A stretch of DNA of 64,000 nucleotides, taken from assembly GCA_027604505.1 (NCBI GenBank), contig JADIIX010000028.1:1-64000 (forward strand), in the 5' to 3' direction. The stretch comes from Gonapodya sp. JEL0774. Its lineage: Eukaryota. The number at the start of each line of letters is the position of its first letter. The first letter of the stretch is position 1. The notes beneath the pieces were generated by a model. That model searched no databases. It saw only the letters and a program-made list of their open reading frames with translations, and was not told the origin of the DNA. Shown one piece after another: positions 61,251 through 64,000 of this stretch. Made by a program: the position numbers and the translations under genes.

Positions 61251-63613
61251 ATGCCCGTCCTAGCAGGACTCTTCCGCGTTAGCCTTTGGCTCTTTATTTT
61301 CTGGTCTCTTGCTTGGATTCTCTTCCGGGTGGTGGTCGCGTTACAGTTAACGGTGAGCGAGGCAGTGCGATCGAAGGATTGATTCTGATCCACAATCCCC
61401 CCATTGCGAGTGTGTTTCCGTTTTCTGATAAGCCATGATGTCCCTTTGTCGTCTTTTGGAGCGTTCAGCCTCCTTCGTCCCGACCATCACCTCGGCTTGT
61501 CCGGTCATCCCACATTCCTTTGACAAGTGATGGCAAACAGGTCCCGGCGACCACATTCAGCGGTGGCGTTGGATTTGGCTACGCCACGCTAGAAACGAAC
61601 GCGTTGAATCCCTGGATGATCTCGGTGGCTACGCGATGGAAGAGCCTTTGGCAGGTTTGCATGCTCAAACAAAGCAAACGTCACACGAACTGATTGGAAT
61701 CCTTAATGTATTCAGCAATGGTTTTCAATGGGTGTTATAGTGTCACCTCTGTTCCTATTCGCTTCCCCTGTCTTGGTTTCCTTTGGCCTTCTCAGAATCA
61801 CCCGAGAAGTGTTCGCGGCCACATCCATGTCGGTGGACACGCACAGAGACCACGTCATACACTCCTCCAACTATAACGATAGCTTCGCAGAGTGGGCTGG
61901 AGAAAACGGTGAATTTATTGTCGCTATGGTGCCCGGCGTGAACCTATCGTGGAGAGAAGCGGTCTGGTATCTGTCGCTGGTTTTCATTGCAAGTGTGTGG
62001 CACGAAGCAGGGCACTCCATTGCAGCAGCATGGTGAGCTCAAAAAGCTCTCAGCTATGTGCTTAACTTTCCCACTGCGTCTGATCTCGCATTGTCCGTTG
62101 ACACAGCGAATCGATTCACACTCATGTTCTATCTATCCACTTTTACGTTCTTTATCCCGCTGCTTCCGTGCGTTTGGATGATGCAGCTCTCTCCTTGCTC
62201 AACCCATTGCGCCGCCTCCGAATTCTCACGGCTGGAAGCTGGAATAATACGCTTCTTGCGGTATTGGGATACATTTCAGCATCCATTCTGGGGTTAGTCG
62301 CTGCAACGATCAGCGGAACTGTAAGAGGCAGTGAAGTGACCTCTGTGGTGGGTGTGGAGGTTCTCTCTGTTACACGAGGCACGGTGCTGGATGGGTACGT
62401 TCGGCCAGGCGACCTGCTAGTCAAGGTGGACGGCCACGATCTTGTAGGTGGAGCTCGCGGTTGGGAGGACGCTGTGAGATTGAGCCTTAAGAGTGAAGAT
62501 CGTGGTGTTCTGGGAAAAGGGTGGTGCGTTGATTCAGGTACTGGCCTCAACGGTGAGCACCATAATACTGGCCGATTGCACCTACTGCCTTAAAATGTCA
62601 TCCGACCCACCAGACGTCTCCTGTTGTAAGGTTTCGGCCATTCATCCGCTTTCTCCTAACTCTCTCCAGTGCTTTGCGCCGCGCGTTGATGTGCAGGATC
62701 TCATAAATCGTATGGTGAACTTTACGTCCTCCCCGGAGCTCACACCGCATGAGCGTGCCGAGAGGCTGGAGGATATTTTACGATTTGAGTCGGTTGGAAA
62801 GCATGGACGATGTTTGGATTTCGGGGGTGTAGCGGGCGGAGTGGAGTGCACCGCAGATTTGGAGTGTGGAACAACCGTCGGTGGAAGAGCAAATGCGGAC
62901 ACGAGATTAGTCAAGCGCAACAAGGACGAAGCAGTCATGGACATCTCTCAATCTATTGAAGTCTCAAAGACGTCGCCTCTTGTCGATGGGCGAGTAGAAG
63001 ACTACATTCTGGAAGCTGACAAGGACTCTCCCGAATCACAAACCGTGGACGTCCCTTCAACAAATCAACCTCTCCGGCCTCGTGTCTGCCTCTCTGCGTA
63101 TATACCCCATCCTCATGTACGCCTTTTGAGACTTGGTGTCCGACCTCTGTCGAAGGCGAATGATGCCCCGGTACGAGAATTGGCTGTGTTGGGAGACCCG
63201 AGAGAGGCGTGGGAAAGCGTCGTGGTCGATGTGGTGGGCGCAAGCAGGAATTGGGGGCTTCAGAAAGTTACCGAGTGGTTAATGGGGCTGTTGCGGTGAG
63301 CCATTTGCTCCTCAAATCGCGAGTCAAGCAAGGAAATAATGAGTTTAGTGTCCCTGGCTCTCTTTTTTAAAGGGATCTCTCTTCCATTTCTCTCGCTCTT
63401 GCACTTTTCAACCTTGTTCCCGCGCGCCATCTCGATGGTGAGCACGTATTACGTGCTTACGCGGAATACCTGTGGCCCCCCTCGGCGTCCACTCGCACAG
63501 GGGCAAGTAGTGATGTGCCAGCAGCAGTGGTGACGGTAGCGGTGGCTGTTTGCTCCGGAGTCATGGGTGCTGCTGTGGTAGGAGGATTTGTTGTTGCAGT
63601 GCTCGGCAATTAG
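61251..63613 (+). CDS. MBTPS2: Site-2 protease (M50 intramembrane metalloprotease, MBTPS2/Stp1-like) with PDZ-like insert
   Basis: VPGVNL, VWHEAGHSIAAA (HExxH), RILTAGSWNN, VRPGDLLVKVDG, and LALFNLVPARHLDGEHV (NxxPxxxLDG); stop TAG at 63611-63613. Confidence 0.9.
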
Positions 63614-64000
63614 CTGGTTATGGTGTTGGGTGACCTCTGGCGATCCAGCCGGTAAACCCAGTTGAGAAGTCACCTGTAGTGTTTGGTCTGCACTGGATCG
63701 CCCGAATCGACAAAGCGATGCAAATTTGGGCTAAATCATTAACATCTATCAATTCCTGCAATCTTATTACATAGTGAAACACCAAGTGGAACAAGGAACT
63801 CGAGCTCCTGGCATACAGAATGCAGAAACTTACCTTTCGCAGCACACTTTCGGAATATGGACACCGAGGATTGTGGGAACTATCAACCAGATCATGGCAC
63901 CGTTACAGTACAGCGAGGGTTCTCAAACACATAATTGTCTAGAATGAGTATCTCATAGAGCCAATACTTATCGCATATGTGCGCAAAATACTGCATACAA

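Noticed and set aside
63618..64000. Possible 3' exons of a minus-strand gene entering from the right edge
   Set aside because: Splice-like signals are present, but the frame and product cannot be determined.
1..64000. CRISPR arrays, operons, prokaryotic defence systems, rRNA/tRNA genes and long antisense ORFs from the ORF track
   Set aside because: The sequence is eukaryotic and spliced; no repeat-spacer array or structural RNA was seen, and most overlapping ORFs are shadows of GC-rich exons.

Overview
Gene-dense, intron-rich eukaryotic DNA with GT-AG introns, many about 45-60 nt. The gene content (DYDC-like Dpy-30 protein, site-2 protease, JTB-like protein, GH45, yeast-like histone H1) suggests an early-diverging, probably zoosporic fungus; this is an inference. 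About 22 spliced protein-coding genes can be reconstructed by eye: a partial TBC/Gyp1-like gene, an LRR-TM-SH3 receptor-like protein, a DUF4449/HAM1-like protein, two SDRs (one strikingly bacterial FabG-like), JTB-like, Fmp52/TIP30-like, histone H1, a multi-RRM + SPOC (Spen/RBM15-like) protein, a Dpy-30/DYDC-like micro-protein, two inverted paralogues of a PB1-like + unknown-domain family, a bromodomain-GATA-ET protein, a CAMK-like kinase, RPL7, a Sec7 ARF-GEF, Blm10/PA200, a membrane-anchored GH45, ESS2/DGCR14, TRAPPC2L, a small membrane protein followed by a WS/DGAT-like protein lacking its catalytic motif, and site-2 protease. Non-coding features are a C/D snoRNA (snR39B/SNORD2-like) in an RPL7 intron and a ~530-bp MITE-like element. 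The best candidates for novelty are the Spen-like RRM-SPOC gene, the bromodomain-GATA-ET fusion, the PB1-like paralogue pair, the LRR-SH3 receptor and a G-rich-5'/C-rich-3' architecture of the long introns. All exon boundaries are manual, all family calls are from recalled motifs, and no database search was run.
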